62,243 nt of DNA, filler included, from Nemertoderma westbladi (GCA_032718475.1; 3 parts of 3 records of this genome joined end to end with filler, not necessarily neighbours in it), one strand, 5' to 3'. Shown: positions 45,469 to 59,569, counted from the first letter of the whole stretch. Numbers and translations: made by a program. Notes: generated from the letters alone by a model not told the origin.

Positions 45469-47481
45469 CAGTCGGGGTCTCACAGTGCATCTGTTCTTTG
45501 AGATTTTCTCAAAGAACTAAAAGTGTCTCAAATTTCTAAAAGTGGTCCAAGAAAATGACAAAGTGTCCTCAAAGATTTCAAAGTAGTACTGTCAGTCATT
45601 TCATACAGTCCTGCCTGAAGCTGGCTATGGTATGGGGTATATTGACTTTGACTATAGGGTAAAATATAAGTAATAAAAACCTCTATGAAACAATAAAGAT
45701 GCCTCCAAAAAATACAATAAATAAGTAATAAATAATAAGTAATAAATATTTGTTACTGAAAGTAAGAATTAAACTTACTGCAGTAATAAAAAATTTTCTT
45801 TTTCTGCAGTAACAAATAATTTGTTACTGCAGTAGAAATTTTTATTCAATTATTTATTAATATTGATTACTGCAGTATAAATTTTTATTACTGCAGTAAT
45901 AAATATTTATTACAGTACTGCAGTAATAAATATTTATTACTGCAGTAATAAATATTTGTTACTGCAGTAATTGTTATATGTTACTGCAGTAACTAATATT
46001 TAATACAGCAGTATTTTTTGTAGGTATTTTTATTGTTATTGTTTCATAGAGGATTTTATTAATTTATATTTGGACTCTTTAGAGACGCCATAATTGCGGG
46101 CTATCGGAATGTGTTGGTATTTGTGTTATAGACAGTTTGTCTGTTGCCCTATCTATATTAATGTATAGTGCTAAAACTGTACTGTTTAAATTTGTTTAGC
46201 CCACGTGAACGCCGAATACCTTTACCAATGCATTTCAATGGTCAACCAGCCATACTTTGCCGCACTGTAAATTGTGTTATACAAAGTAAAGAATAACGAT
46301 AGAGGCAGGAATAAAGATAAATGATTCAAGCGCACTAATTAGCTGTTCCCATAGATGTTTTAGGCATTGTTGGTGCGCAATGCATATGGTCAGGGCGACC
46401 GCCCAGTCTGCCAAAATCTATTATGTAATCAAATGGTATCACAAGTCAAGCAAAGCATGTGACAGTTCTTTCCGACTCTGCACCTGTTTGTTTGAAGGTC
46501 GCCGTCCGTACAGTAGGTCGCTACTCACTAGCAGTGATTGATAGTTTAAACTGGGTGCCGCTTTGCCAGAAGGCGGTACACATCAATTGAATATGAGGCA
46601 AACATTTAAAATATGCTCAAATATAAACGCAAGCGGCAGGGGATATTTTAATATCTCTATTAAGCTAAAACAACACAAGATTGTAGCCGTTCTATCGTAC
46701 TTGAAAGTCGAAAGCCTTTCTTAGTTTTTAAGAAGGAATTCTCGCGCTCTCGTCAACATAGTTATCATATTAATTAAACAGTTAAGGTAGTACGGGTTGA
46801 CCTGAGGTGACTAATGAAATGAATAACAAATGTTATTACAAGCTTTCTCCCAACAGGGCTTCTTTAGGTCATTATAATGAAACTGCATATACACAGAGAT
46901 GCTACAGTGCAGTTTCTCTTATATTAATTGTTAATCTGATATTGTATTATGTTATTAAAATAATCAATCTTGTCAAGCATTAATCTTGTTTCACTAATTA
47001 TGTTTCATGTATTATTTGAATGAATGTTTTTTAGAAAGACTTTAGGGTGCCGTAAATTCAATTTGTACTTGCGACCGAAAACCCATCCCGTTATGACCTC
47101 TCAGGAACCTAAATTTGATAAATTAATGGGAATATAGCTTCTATGCAACAACTGGCCAGCACACAAGTATCACTTTGTTGCCCGCATAATATTGTTCCCC
47201 GAGAATGCCTCTGCCTCTCAGTTAACTTACCACGAGCTGTCAATCAGGAATGCCTCGGAGTTTATTTTCTCAAAGAATTAAAAGTGCCGCAAACTACCTC
47301 AAAGTGACATTTCTCAAAGAATTCAAAGTGCCTAAAAGCAGGAAATCACTTTGAGATTCCCAACTAAAAGTGTCTACAAGAATTCAAAGCGGCCGTTGGG
47401 AGTAATGAAATGACTTTTAGACACTTTTAGAAAAACTTTGAGAAAATCTCAAAGAACAGATGCACTTTGAGACCCCGACTG
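45469..47481. mobile_element. TA-flanked TIR element (Tc1/pogo-like) with nested TTACTGCAGTAA foldback (45630-46090)
   Basis: ~48-bp TIR CAGTCGGGGTCTCA.AGTGCATCTGTTCTTTGAG, TA TSD. Confidence 0.85.
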
Positions 47482-47799
47482 TATATAGCGCCAAGGACAA
47501 CTTTACTAAAGGACTGGCACAGCCAGAGTCCAGGCCGGCTTGAGGGGCCATTGATTACAGTAGAACTGTAATCAACTGTAGAGTTGTAGAACTGTAGAGT
47601 TGTCCTTGTATCGCGCATATTTCTATCTTTTAAACACCTTTTTCAAACGCGTGTAGCTAAAGAATGAAAGCGAAAATAAAATTTATGACTCACCCAGTAA
47701 GGGGGAGGTAGGTGAAACTATCCATGTTTCAAATTTCATACAATCTCATTAAGATTTGTAAAAAAAAAATTTATGGGGGGGGGGTTATGCCGGACCTAA

Positions 47800-48420
47800 A
47801 TTTATTTTATCGTCCCCCCCACTTTTGGGAACGTGGCTGCGCCCCAGAACGAAACAGCAGCAGAAACGAAAGTAACAACCGCCTCTGTGGAAGGAACCCA
47901 GAGAGAGCCTGAATGGCCAGACTATTCACCGGATTCCATCCACAGTAGCGGGTAAGACTGGGCTTCTGCGGAGCCACATTGCAGCATTCCCACGCCACAA
48001 ACAAACAGACAGGCGCTGCCTGACATGATGCCTGACTGCATCCGACGCGGGAATGCTGCAACGCAGGCTCTTCACCTTCAGACGCGCTATCTCCCGCAAG
48101 ATGGCGCTGGAGTGCAGGTCCCAACCACCAAGAGCCTCCACTACGAGAGGGGTGAACCCGACCCCGAAGCTGTGACACTCCTCGGCGTGGGCCACGATCT
48201 TACGCTCCCGGGCGACAATGAGGGCATGTCCAGGGGTAGTGGCGGCATGGGACATAGTTCGGGACTGGAGAGGGGAGATAACAGTGACATCGAGTGCCAT
48301 GGGTTGACCCCTCTTCCAGTTGGGGAGGTATACATCGGCCGGACGGCTGCGGGAGCCAGAGATCAGGCCAGGAACTTCACTCCGGGGCGCTAGAGCAGCT
48401 GATTGGGCTGCTTGGAAAAT
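47800..48420 (-). mobile_element. 5'-truncated CRE-type non-LTR element (restriction-like endonuclease domain)
   Basis: RPADVYLPNW..ALDVTV...ERK...FTPLVVEALGGW...RLSVCLWRGNA. Confidence 0.85.
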
Positions 48421-50154
48421 AGCAAATTTGTATAAATTGGGGCAGTTTGTTACTGCAGGGACTGCTACAGTATATTAGTACTATAGTACAGGCACACCGT
48501 AAATCCAGACTTCGCTAGCGAAGGTCATGTTGTTTTTGTTACTGGTAACCAGTTAGAATGATAAACATACACATTCTGGGGTAAAAAATTATGGAGAATC
48601 TATTTCTGGTATTAATTTTTCAATTATCTGTTGCTTTCGTGTATTGTTTTCTATATTTTTTGTGTTTATAAATTATGTAGTTCCTTCCGTTATGTCATTT
48701 TGAAGTCCTTCGTTATCAGTAGTCCTTGAGAGCAGCAGTCACCGGTACAAGCACTGCAGCACTGTATACTTGCTTATTTATACGGCGAACGGAGAGTAAA
48801 CTGGACAACGGCAAGGCACAAGGAGGAGCGAACAGGGGTTCCCGGAACAACGGCAAGGAGGAGCGAATACGGCGAATGGGAGTACCTGGAGCCGCGAGCC
48901 CGAACGCCCATGAGAATGTCCCATTAAGTGGTAAAGTGGTATTAATTGGTGTAAAGTGATATTATTTGGTGCAAATATAACTTATTTGATGCATAACAAA
49001 TATATTGGTGTTGGTGAAAAAACATATAATTTGGTGAAAAATGTCAAATAATTTGGTGTTTTCTGATATTATTTGGTGCACAATGATTTATTTGGTGGTG
49101 GGTATTTTTTTGGTGTGGGAAGTGATATAATTGGGTGAATAACGTAACCACTTTGGTGCAAAAGTGACATGTTTTGGTGTAATATGAGTAAATCGTAGCT
49201 AATTTCATCAAATATTGAGTTGGTAGCCTTCAACATTTGTCTCAGCACGAACGACAGCAGACAACGGTTGAAAACAGCGGTTGGGTACCGTTATGCTGTG
49301 CTGAGCTCACTCGCTTACTTCGTTGCTCGTCCCACATTGATAGATATATAGGGGCCTAGAAATACTGTAATAGACAGACTAATACAGTAGGCACAAGAAC
49401 TGGTGGGGCACCCCGGCCAGAGGTACAGTGATAAAATCACATGGTCTGTCAGAGGAGTAAGGGTAATATACATACAGTAGGCCTACACCCATCGGCTATA
49501 AGGTTAATTTTATGGTTTCAAGGTCTCTTGAGACTTGGGAGATACCTACAGATACTGTTTATGTTAATTAATGGGATATATTGATATAAGGTAAACTATT
49601 TATCAGGTTTGATAGATTAGACAGGATATTATAAACATGTCTGACTATATTATCATAATAAACTGGACGAAAATAAACAAATACTGTAGAACAACAGCAA
49701 AAATAATTAATTTAATTGGTTTCCTTTTACATCCTGCAATATAAATAATAATTTCAGCGAGAATTACCTAAATAATATGTAAGATATCGGTGCATAACTG
49801 ACAGTTTATCTGCCGTCCTTGTATGCCTCGTGTATTCGATGTGAGTGTGTATCAATAGTGTGTGCAACAGTGGTGCTCAACGTATGTGCGTCCTCTGACC
49901 CAAGACCATAATGACCATACACGGGTCAGGTATGGTATGAAGGTGGTGTGTACTTGCATACCGCCAGCACTACCGTACATGTATACTGTTCGGCCCGAGG
50001 CTGACCTCTCAGTATAAGGATTATATATAGACATATATATATATATATTATATATATACCGGTATATATTATTCCGTAACGAACATGTATCACACAGACT
50101 CCAAGAAACAGATGGGATTGGACGACTGACAAACCAAGAATGACTTAAACGATT

Positions 50155-50937
50155 GGGGACATTAGTGCCCGCGAGACGTTAGTTCCCGCAGGCACTAATC
50201 TCTTGGAACTTTAGTGCCAGCGGGTCATTAGTGCCCAGGAACCATGTCTACAAGTGAGACGTTAGTGCCCGCAGGCACTAATGTCTTAGAACTTTAGTGC
50301 CAGCGGGTCATTAGTGCCCGGGAACCATGTCTACAAGTGAGACGTTAGTGCCCGCAGGCACTAATGTCTTAGAACTTTAGTGCCAGCGGGTCATTAGTGC
50401 CCGGGAGCCATGTCTACAAGTGAGACGTTAGTGCCCGCAGGCACTAATGTCTTAGAACTTTAGTGCCAGCGGGTCATTAGTGCCCGGGAACCATGTCTAC
50501 AAGTGAGACGTTAGTGCCCGCGAGTCATTAGTGGCCGAATTGTGTTTGGATGTTAGTACATAGTTAAGGCAATCCGTTATTTTCTTAAACCCTATTCAAC
50601 CAAAGTCATCGACATACACTAATTTAATTAAATAAAAGTACTACTTTACTTTTAATTCGTCGACAAAATGTCAGACAGTTGAATAAAAGATAAAAGATCC
50701 AAGTTGAAATTTAAATGTTAAATAACGAGATGCGGGAACTAAAGACTGGAAATTTGTACCTTTGAAGTTTGAAGAAAGTAACGACTCGTTTGCATCAGCA
50801 CGAACTAAAGAAGCGGGAAATGTCTTCCTGGCCTGTATGATGTACAGTATTACATATACTGTACTAACTAAGTCGCAAGGCGGGCACTAATTTATCGCGG
50901 GCACTAAGGTGTCACGGGCACTAACGTCCAAAGACCC
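50155..50937 (-). mobile_element. TAGTGCCC-array element (MULE/foldback-like), copy 1
   Basis: ~83-bp higher-order repeats; core is an inverted match to 52270-52870. Confidence 0.7.
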
Positions 50938-51960
50938 TTAACCCCAACAAACTGCCTCCCATCTAATATAATACGCAGTCGTATAAGCAGACAAATCACA
51001 ATCGCAATTAGTGCGATGTGTGAAATGTTATCCCGATCCGCAACCTGGGAAACGGCCCCAGAGCAGTTTACTCTGCTAAGGGAATATTATTATTATCATA
51101 TTTTTAAACTACTCCTTCACCCCCCCCCCCCCCCCCCGCCCCCCAAAAAAAGCTCGTGTTGCGCCACGCCCACTTGCATCTGCCATTATTGGTGGGGAGT
51201 GTTACCCCCCCCCCCCCCCCCCTCCACCTGTAGCAGCGCCACCGTTAAATGACACTGCACATGACTCTCAGGGGGAAATCAACTGATTGTAATTACACCA
51301 GTCATGATATAAAATCAATCACCAATCCCGATTAAACCTCGTCTCGTTATAAAGTTTTATTGATATAAGGTGAATGGGAGGGCAGTTTACTTCTATACTA
51401 TTAAATTCACCAATTTATGGAACATAATGACCTTGAAAGGAACAACAGCATTATGAGAAAAATTATTTAAACGAACGAATACACATGTCAACTTGATTTA
51501 CGACATTAGCTAATTGATTACAAACAAACACGGAAGACTCTGGGGAAGACAACCCCTTCAACAACCTCTCCTAGGCTCCAACTAGTCTGCCAGAATATGA
51601 GTCATCAATATTAAAAATAGAATCCCGACTCACAACATGAACAATAACCAATTCCCACTGCCCTACACAATGAATCTATTATTCCAATCCAAATAAAATC
51701 GACGTAATACTGTACACTACTACGTAATACTGTATAAGCTGGTGTACTGTAGCAGATAATTTCCACCCCCCTAAAAATTCACCCCTCAGTGTATTCTTAC
51801 CCCCATGATATTTTAAATTTCAATATAATTAGCAAGTTTAAATTCGATATAAGCCTACAGTTAAGCGAACAGTAACCAGACGACCACACATACCTCCAGT
51901 ACACAGACAAACACACGCTGGAGATTTGTATATATACTGTAATATATAATTCTTCTTGAG

Positions 51961-53395
51961 GTCTTGGGACGTTAGTGCCCGCGGGCACTAATGTCTCATT
52001 ACCTTTAGTGCCCGCGGAGGCCGCGGTCACTTAGTCGCATTATCGCGGGCACTAATGTCCCATAGGACGTTAGTGCCCGCGAGACGTTAGTGCCCGCGGG
52101 CACTAATGTCTCAGTACCTTTAGTGCCCGCGGAGGCCGCGGTCACTTAGTCGCATTATCGCGGGCACTAATGTCCCATGGGACGTTAGTGCCCGCGAGAC
52201 GTTAGTGGTAGTGCCCGCGGTCACTTAGTCGCATTATCGCGGGCACTAATGTCCCATAGGACGATAGTGCCCGCCTCGCGACTTAGTTAGTATATGTAAT
52301 AAATACAACAGGCCAGGAAGACATTTCGCGCTTCTTTAGTTCTTGCTGATGCCAACGAGTCGTGACTTTCTCCAAACTTCAAAGGTACAAATTTCCAGTC
52401 TTTAGTTCCCGCATCTCGTTATTTAACATTTTAAGTTCAACTTCGATCTTTGTTTTATTAAAATTTTTTTTCTACCTCAGCTAGACATGGTAGTATTTAT
52501 ATTATTTGGATTTGCGGTAAAGTCTTCAAGGAATAAGGATTAAGCAACGGCGTTTGATTGTTTATATATAATCTACTTTTGATTGAGTATCGTTTAATTT
52601 GTTTAACTTTACTGGAGACAGTGTGTAATAAAATAGAACAAGGTGCAGTACTCACAGTATAATCGTCCGAGGACGCACTAACTCTGATATATTATAATGA
52701 ATTAATGATTTCAAGAAAAATACTCAGTGGACTGTCTGACATTTTGTCGACGAATTAAATGTAAAGTAGTACATTTTTTAATTAAATTGGTGTATGTTAA
52801 TGGAGGAGGCCGTTGACGATGACTTTGGTTGAATGGGGTATAAGTAAGAAGAAAAACGGATTGCTTTATACTAACTTCCAAATACAATGCGGGCACTAAT
52901 GACTCGCGGGCACTAACTTCTCACTTGCAGACAAGGTCCTCGGGCACTAATGACTCATGGGCACTATAGTCCTGAGACATTAGTGCCCGCAGGCACTAAT
53001 GACTCGCGGGTTCTAACTTCTCACTTGCAGACAAAGTCCTCGGGCACTAATGCCTCGCGGGCACTAATGTCTCACTTGCAGACATTGTTCCCGGGCACTA
53101 ATGACTCGTGGGCACTATAGTCCTGAGACATTAGTACCCGCGGGCAGTAATGACTCGCGGGCACTAACTTCTGACTTGCAGACAAGGTCCTCAGGCAGTA
53201 ACATCTCGCGGGCACTAATGTCTCACTTGCATACAAATCATCGGGCACTAATGACACGCGGGCACTAACGTCTCACTTGCAGACATGGTACCCGTGCGCC
53301 GGGCACTAATGACTCGCGGGCACTAACGTCTCACTTGCATACAAATCATCGGGCACTAATGACACGCGGGCACTAACGTCTCACTTGCAGACATT
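51961..53395 (+). mobile_element. TAGTGCCC-array element, copy 2 (inverted relative to copy 1)
   Basis: Starts GGTCTTGGGACGTTAGTGCCC, the reverse of the 50937 end; GGGCACTAA arrays. Confidence 0.7.
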
Positions 53396-53874
53396 AAATT
53401 AAATTCAGGTATACTCCGGGGGTGGAGAATCTGTTGGGGGTGTAGAGGGTCTTGCCACGAGGTGTAAAAATAATTAAATGTTACCGTATGCGCATTTCAC
53501 CCGTTGCGGGCGTCCTCAGCGGTTCATTGTTATAATATAAACATTAAAAATAGATCAATTTAAATAAAATGGTAGGACTACCGACATAACCTAAGAACAT
53601 GTACACGTGAAATGGTGGTGCAGCATAACTGGAGAAACAGATTAAAGATAGATTAAGTTATTATAATTCAGTAATTATATGTAATTATTATGTACCACAG
53701 TGGTAAATCAGGAGGTCTGCAGGTTGTTGGTTGGGGTAGCAGTCTGCATGTGGGCGGGCTGCCTGTGGCTGTTTGGTCACTACCGGTATCAAGGATGCGG
53801 GCTGACGAGCTGCTGCAGACAAGGGGGGGTTTAGGGCCTAACGCAAACATACAGTGGGTCAATAGAACTTAAGG

Positions 53875-53974
53875 NNNNNNNNNNNNNNNNNNNNNNNNNN
53901 NNNNNNNNNNNNNNNNNNTTAATTAATTAANNNNNNNNNNNNNNNNNNNNNNNNNNNNNNNNNNNNNNNNNNNN
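53875..53974. other. Artificial contig linker
   Basis: N44-TTAATTAATTAA-N44. Confidence 0.97.
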
Positions 53975-54408
53975 GATTGTATTAAACTCGCATTACAACC
54001 GCACATAAGTGTTTATCCAGCCTTGCCTCTGTCCGTGATTGTATTAAACTCGCATTAGTACCGCACATAAGTGTTTATCCAGCCTTGCCTCTGTCCGTGA
54101 TTGTATTAAACTCGCATTAGTACCGCACATAAGTGTTTATCCAGCCTTGCCTCTGTCCGTGATTGTATTAAACTCGCATTAGTACCGCACATAAGTGTTT
54201 ATCCAGCCTTGCCTCTGTCCGTGATTGTATTAAACTCGCATTAGTACCGCACATAAGTGTTTATCCAGCCTTGCCTCTGTCCGTGATTGTATTAAACTCG
54301 CATTAGTACCGCACATAAGTGTTTATCCAGCCTTGCCTCTGTCCGTGATTGTATTAAACTCGCATTAGTACCGCACATAAGTGTTTATCCAGCCTTGCCT
54401 CTGTCCGT
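53975..54408. repeat. 62-bp minisatellite, 7 copies
   Basis: GATTGTATTAAACTCGCATTAGTACCGC...CTGTCCGT, near-identical units. Confidence 0.95.
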
Positions 54409-54413
54409 GATTT

Positions 54414-54947
54414 GGCACTTTTTCGGTATTAGGGCCCCATTTTCCCCATTTTTTGGGTAAGTGTAATTCAGTTTTACTGCATATTACCAGTTAGCTAACA
54501 ATTATTTATTGTTTGAAATATACTTGCTGTTATATTTTCTGCTATATAATTATAACTACTAGCTACAACTGTAGCTATGTACTAGTAGCTACAACAAGCT
54601 CACGAAAGTTCAATCGTGCATTTGGAAACATTATAACTAGCTAATACATTATAAAATGTTCTAGAATGTGTTGTTTCCATAGAAACTAGTGAGCGACACT
54701 TTTTAAAAAAAAATTTTAAAAAATACTAGCATTATACGATAAAAAATCTTTTTGCTAGCTAGTATTTTTAGAAATATTCATTTCATTGAAGAATATATTA
54801 ATGACCAAAATAATTTCCAAAAATTACTAGCTAGTAAAAAATACTAGCATTATACCATAAAAAATCTACTAAGGTTCGAGAACATTCACTAATAATATAA
54901 ATATAAATAAATATAAAAAAATGGGGCCCTAATACCGAAAAAGTGCC
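54414..54947. mobile_element. MITE with perfect TIRs
   Basis: GGCACTTTTTCGGTATTAGGGCCCC/GGGGCCCTAATACCGAAAAAGTGCC; flanking GATTT direct repeat. Confidence 0.85.
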
Positions 54948-55196
54948 GATTTACAGTCATGTACTTCATGTATGTTGAAGTGTGTGAGCATTAGTAAATA
55001 ATACTTCCATTTTCTCCTATGTACAAATCCTGGTTGGTGTGATAAGCCACATTGAGGTCTACTTTACCGTTTTTTCTTAACCTATTCAGTATTTTCGGGT
55101 GTTGGTTGTTCATGTTCAGTTTTTACTTTGTAGGGAATTAAAGGTATTTCTACACTACACTACTACTACACTACTACAACTGTAGACTGAACTTAC

Positions 55197-55331
55197 GATT
55201 GCAACACGTTTCGTCCTCATTATTACCGCAGTGAACCCTGCCATCACATCGACTACCATCATGGGCGCTTCGGCACTGATAGTCGCACCAATAAGTTTGG
55301 ATCGGTCCGCCATCGTCCCATTTACAATAAT
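55197..55331 (-). CDS. Exon encoding an atypical LDLa domain (unknown multi-exon gene)
   Basis: TTATAG acceptor, GTAAGT donor, phase 1-1; YCKWDDGGPIQTYWCDYQCRSAHDGSRCDGRVHCGNNEDETCC. Confidence 0.75.
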
Positions 55332-55349
55332 CTATAAACAAAATGTTCC

Positions 55350-55900
55350 ATAAACCAGTAATTATTATTCTCTTAGGTTTCAGATGGCAGTATTTTGTTT
55401 ATGATTGAGTAGCAAAGGATACCTATGTGTTTTCTGTAAAAAATTGTGTAAATTGAAAAATCTTTGGTTTCCTAGTACCGAACGGTGCGATGTTTGATGT
55501 AGTCAGTGTAGCTGTCCAACTATTGATGTCATTGGTGTTGGTTGTTCAGTACATCGTTTGCACCGCCGGTGTTTTGTCTCCGGGTCGGTAGAGGAGAATC
55601 TAGTGTTTCTGAATGTACCTGATGCCAACAGTACGTTACAGTTAAAGTGGCAAACATTAACACGAGTAATGGAAGGAATAGTTAGGTTTTATTATTAAAA
55701 CTAGTTTCATATAGTTAGTTTACTTAAGATAGGCAAGAGAAGAATCGGACGGTAATTATTAGTATCAGAATGGTCAGAAAGCTTGATAAATAGTGAATTT
55801 ATTAGGTAAGATTTATGAGTAAAATAAGTACCGGTATCATTAGATGAGGTTTTGGGATCTAGTTTGAGGTATTCATTCAGGGGATCGCATGCTTGTAATT
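55350..55900 (-). mobile_element. Highly decayed CR1/L2-like LINE remnant
   Basis: DTNNYRPILLLPILSKL near 55720-55770. Confidence 0.45.
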
Positions 55901-56167
55901 AGTAGCCCTTAGTAATTATGATACTAACTACCCATAGGCCGAGCCACACGATGTGGGGCGAGCCATTAGCTTACTGGGAATTCATTGGAAGTATGCTGTG
56001 GTGGCTAGTGTTGTCAACCAATAAAGATGTGCCGCGAGTCATTATAAGCAATTAGCATTGTCTGAGAACCTGATATTTTAGGATATTTTTTGTGTCTCTG
56101 AAATATAAGGCCTATATATGTACTGGCCTATGTTATATATATATAATATAAAGGCCTATATATATAA

Positions 56168-58250
56168 TGATAATAAGTAATAGTAATAAGTAATATAAAT
56201 AAATAAACATTAAGTAGTAGTAATATGTAAAAGTAATAAGTAATATAAATAAATAAACATTAAGTAGTAGTAATATGTAATATTAATAAGTAATATAAAT
56301 AAATAAACAATAAGTAGTAGTAATATGTAAAAGTAATAAGTAATATAAATAAATAAACAATAAGTGGTAGTAATAAGTAATAGTAATAAGTAATATAAAT
56401 AAGCAATAAGTGGTAGTAATAAGTAATAGTAATAAGTAATATAAATAAATAAGTAATATAAATAAATAAACAATAAGTAGTAGTAATATGTAAAAGTATT
56501 ATAAATAAATAAACAATAAGTAGTAGTAATATGTAAAAGTAATAAGTAATATAAATAAATAAGCAATAAGTAGTAGTAATATGTAATATTAATAAGTAAT
56601 ATAAATAAATAAGCAATAAGTAGTAGTAATAAGTAATATTAATAAGTAATATAAATAAATAAACAATAAGTGGTAGTAATAAGTAATAGTAATAAATAAA
56701 CAATAAGTGGTAGTAATAAGTAATAGTAATAAGTAATATAAATAAGCAATAAGTGGTAGTAATAAGTAATAGTAATAAGTAATATAAATAAATAAACAAT
56801 AAGTGGTAGTAATAAGTAATAGTAATAAGTAATATAAATAAATAAGCAATATAAATAAATAAACAATAAGTGGTCGTAATAAGTAATAGTAATAAGTAAT
56901 ATAAATAAGCAATAAGTGGTAGTAATAAGTAATAGTAATAAGTAATATAAATAAATAAACAATAAGTGGTAGTAATAAGTAATAGTAATAAGTAATATAA
57001 ATAAATAAGCAATATAAATAAATAAACAATTAGTGGTCGTAATAAGTAATATAAATAAATAAGCAATATAAATAAATAAACAATAAGTGGTCGTAATAAG
57101 TAATAGTAATAAGTAATATAAATAAATAAGTAATATAAATAAATAAGCAATAAGTAGTAGTAATAAGTAATATTAATAAGTAATATAAATAAATAAACAA
57201 TAAGTAGTAGTAATATGTAATATTAATAAGTAATATAAATAAGCAATAAGTGGTAGTAATAAGTAATAGTAATAAGTAATATAAATAAATAAGTAATATA
57301 AATAAATAACCAATAAGTAGTAGTAATATGTAATATTAATAAGTAATATAAATAAATAAACAATAAGTAGTAGTAATATGTAATATTAATAAGTAATATA
57401 AATAAGCAATAAGTGGTAGTAATAAGTAATAGTAATAAGTAATATAAATAAATAAGTAATATAAATAAATAAGCAATAAGTAGTAGTAATAAGTAATATT
57501 AATAAGTAATATAAATAAGCAATAAGTGGTAGTAATAAGTAATAGTAATAAGTAATATAAATAAATAAGTAATATAAATAAATAAACAATAAGTGGTAGT
57601 AATAAGTAATATAAATAAATAAGTAATATAAATAAATAAACAATAAGTGGTAGTAATAAGTAATATAAATAAATAAGCAATATAAATAAATAAACAATAA
57701 GTGGTCGTAATAAGTAATAGTAATAAGTAATATAAATAAATAAGTAATATAAATAAATAAACAATAAGTGGTCGTAATAAGTAATATAAATAAATAAGCA
57801 ATATAAATAAATAAACAATAAGTGGTCGTAATAAGTAATAGTAATAAGTAATATAAATAAATAAGTAATATAAATAAATAAGCAATAAGTAGTAGTAATA
57901 TGTAAAAGTAATAAGTAATATAAATAAATAAGCAATAAGTAGTAGTAATATGTAAAAGTAATAAGTAATATAAATAAATAAGCAATAAGTAGTAGTAATA
58001 AGTAATATTAATAAGTAATATAAATAAGCAATAAGTGGTAGTAATAAGTAATAGTAATAAGTAATATAAATAAATAAGTAATATAAATAAATAAGCAATA
58101 AGTAGTAGTAATAAGTAATAGTAATAAGTAATATAAATAAATAAGTAATATAAATAAATAAGCAATAAGTAGTAGTAATAAGTAATATTAATAAGTAATA
58201 TAAATAAATAAGCAATAAGTAGTAGTAATATGTACTATTAATAAGTAATG
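56168..58250. repeat. Compound AT-rich satellite (AATAAGT / AATAAAT / AGTAGTAAT modules)
   Basis: 2.1 kb of shuffled short modules. Confidence 0.95.
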
Positions 58251-58479
58251 GTAACTTTATTCCTTTTGTTGTCATTTAATTTTCAAGTTGTTATTAAAAT
58301 TGCACAATTTACACTGAATTAAATTCTACTTACAAAAAAAATGTAAATAAAGAGAATAAAATGCAGTTACCAAGCAATAGATAGAGTAAACACTGCTGCT
58401 GCTACTGTTGACTACATTTATAACCTTACAAATGTATCAGGCTGGCTATCAGTAGCTGCTCAACCTGATCAATGTGTCA

Positions 58480-59340
58480 GCGACTGCACATTGAATGAGC
58501 CAATCTGCAACCTCGCCTACAAAGCATAGAGTACCTCAGTAAGGTGAAGTTCAGCCTGTGACACACCCATCCCACGACCATAGACAGTGTTTGTGATGAA
58601 GTGGTGCATTGGCACGCGAATCTATTCCTAATACCACAGGCAACCATTGGATGTCAACCGGTATCTGAATTATCGAGGTTGGTTTCTCTAGCTGCAACTG
58701 AGAATGCGGCAAGGGAAGTTGCTGCTACAGCCTTAATGATATCAGACAGCAGCGAAAATAGGCAGAAAAAAACATACAGTAAGATCTCCCCACAACTTTG
58801 GCTGACACCCTGACTGACCCGGACTGTGTCCCATAATGTGGCTGTCGAGCGAATACTCCAGCTACTGACGGGAAAGTGTTTCGCCTTGAGATCAACCTCC
58901 ACAGACCAACTGCGCCTTCTGGGGCAACCGCTTCCAGAGGTCGTTTATCGATGTGTCCTTCAACCCGCTGGCCGACACAAATGCAGCTATGTCCCTAGAG
59001 GCGGCGCGCACCACTATCATGAGGTTTGCAAGATCCGCAAGTATGAGGAGCGGGTGAGAGAAGTGATGATATTCACCATGCTTGGGGGCATGGCACCATC
59101 GGCAAGCAAGTTCATCACACACCTGGCTCAAAAGCTGGCTGACAAGCGGGAGGTGGGATACGCTCAGACCATTACCTGGGTGCGACGGAAACTGAGCTTT
59201 CACTCCACCTCCAAACCTAAACCTCCACTCCAATGCCGAGACAAACCCAACTTCTACCGGTTAGACCCTGCCCATGCAACATAACTCTGTATTAGTTATT
59301 GATGCTGTTTTGTTTTTTTGAATTATTAATTATTTGTTAA
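58480..59340 (+). mobile_element. Internally deleted CRE-type non-LTR element
   Basis: DEVVHWHANLFLIP (N-terminal part) joined to LQLLTG..F...GFWG.RFQRSFIDV...RKYEERVREV...GGMAP...WVRRKLSF; no RT. Confidence 0.75.
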
Positions 59341-59428
59341 ATAATGAAATTTCAGTAATAAATTATGGACAGATTGCAAAAAAAGTAATAGTAATAAGTA
59401 AAAATAATGAGTAATATTAATTACTCAC

Positions 59429-59569
59429 AATCCTGCCCTCGTTTTATTGCCGTTTCATCATCGTTTGTAAACGATTCATCTTTAACTATAGTCATGTGGT
59501 TTAAACATTGCTTCCAATTATTGAACGTCCATTCATGTGGACCATCTATTTGTTTCTTTGGCCCACCAG
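59429..59569 (-). CDS. Probable coding exon of the same unknown gene as 55197-55331
   Basis: TTTTTACAG acceptor, GTGAGT donor, open phase 1-1; GGPKKQIDGPHEWTFNNWKQCLNH. Confidence 0.6.

Noticed and set aside
53668-53872. Possible exon at the contig end
   Set aside because: GC-rich but no recognisable motif and ambiguous frame and strand
55205-55232. Hammerhead-like GACGAAAC on the minus strand
   Set aside because: No CUGAUGA core; the sequence is coding (NEDETC) in the LDLa exon
56210-58275. Long Y/L/I-rich minus-strand ORFs
   Set aside because: Translation artefacts of an AT-rich satellite
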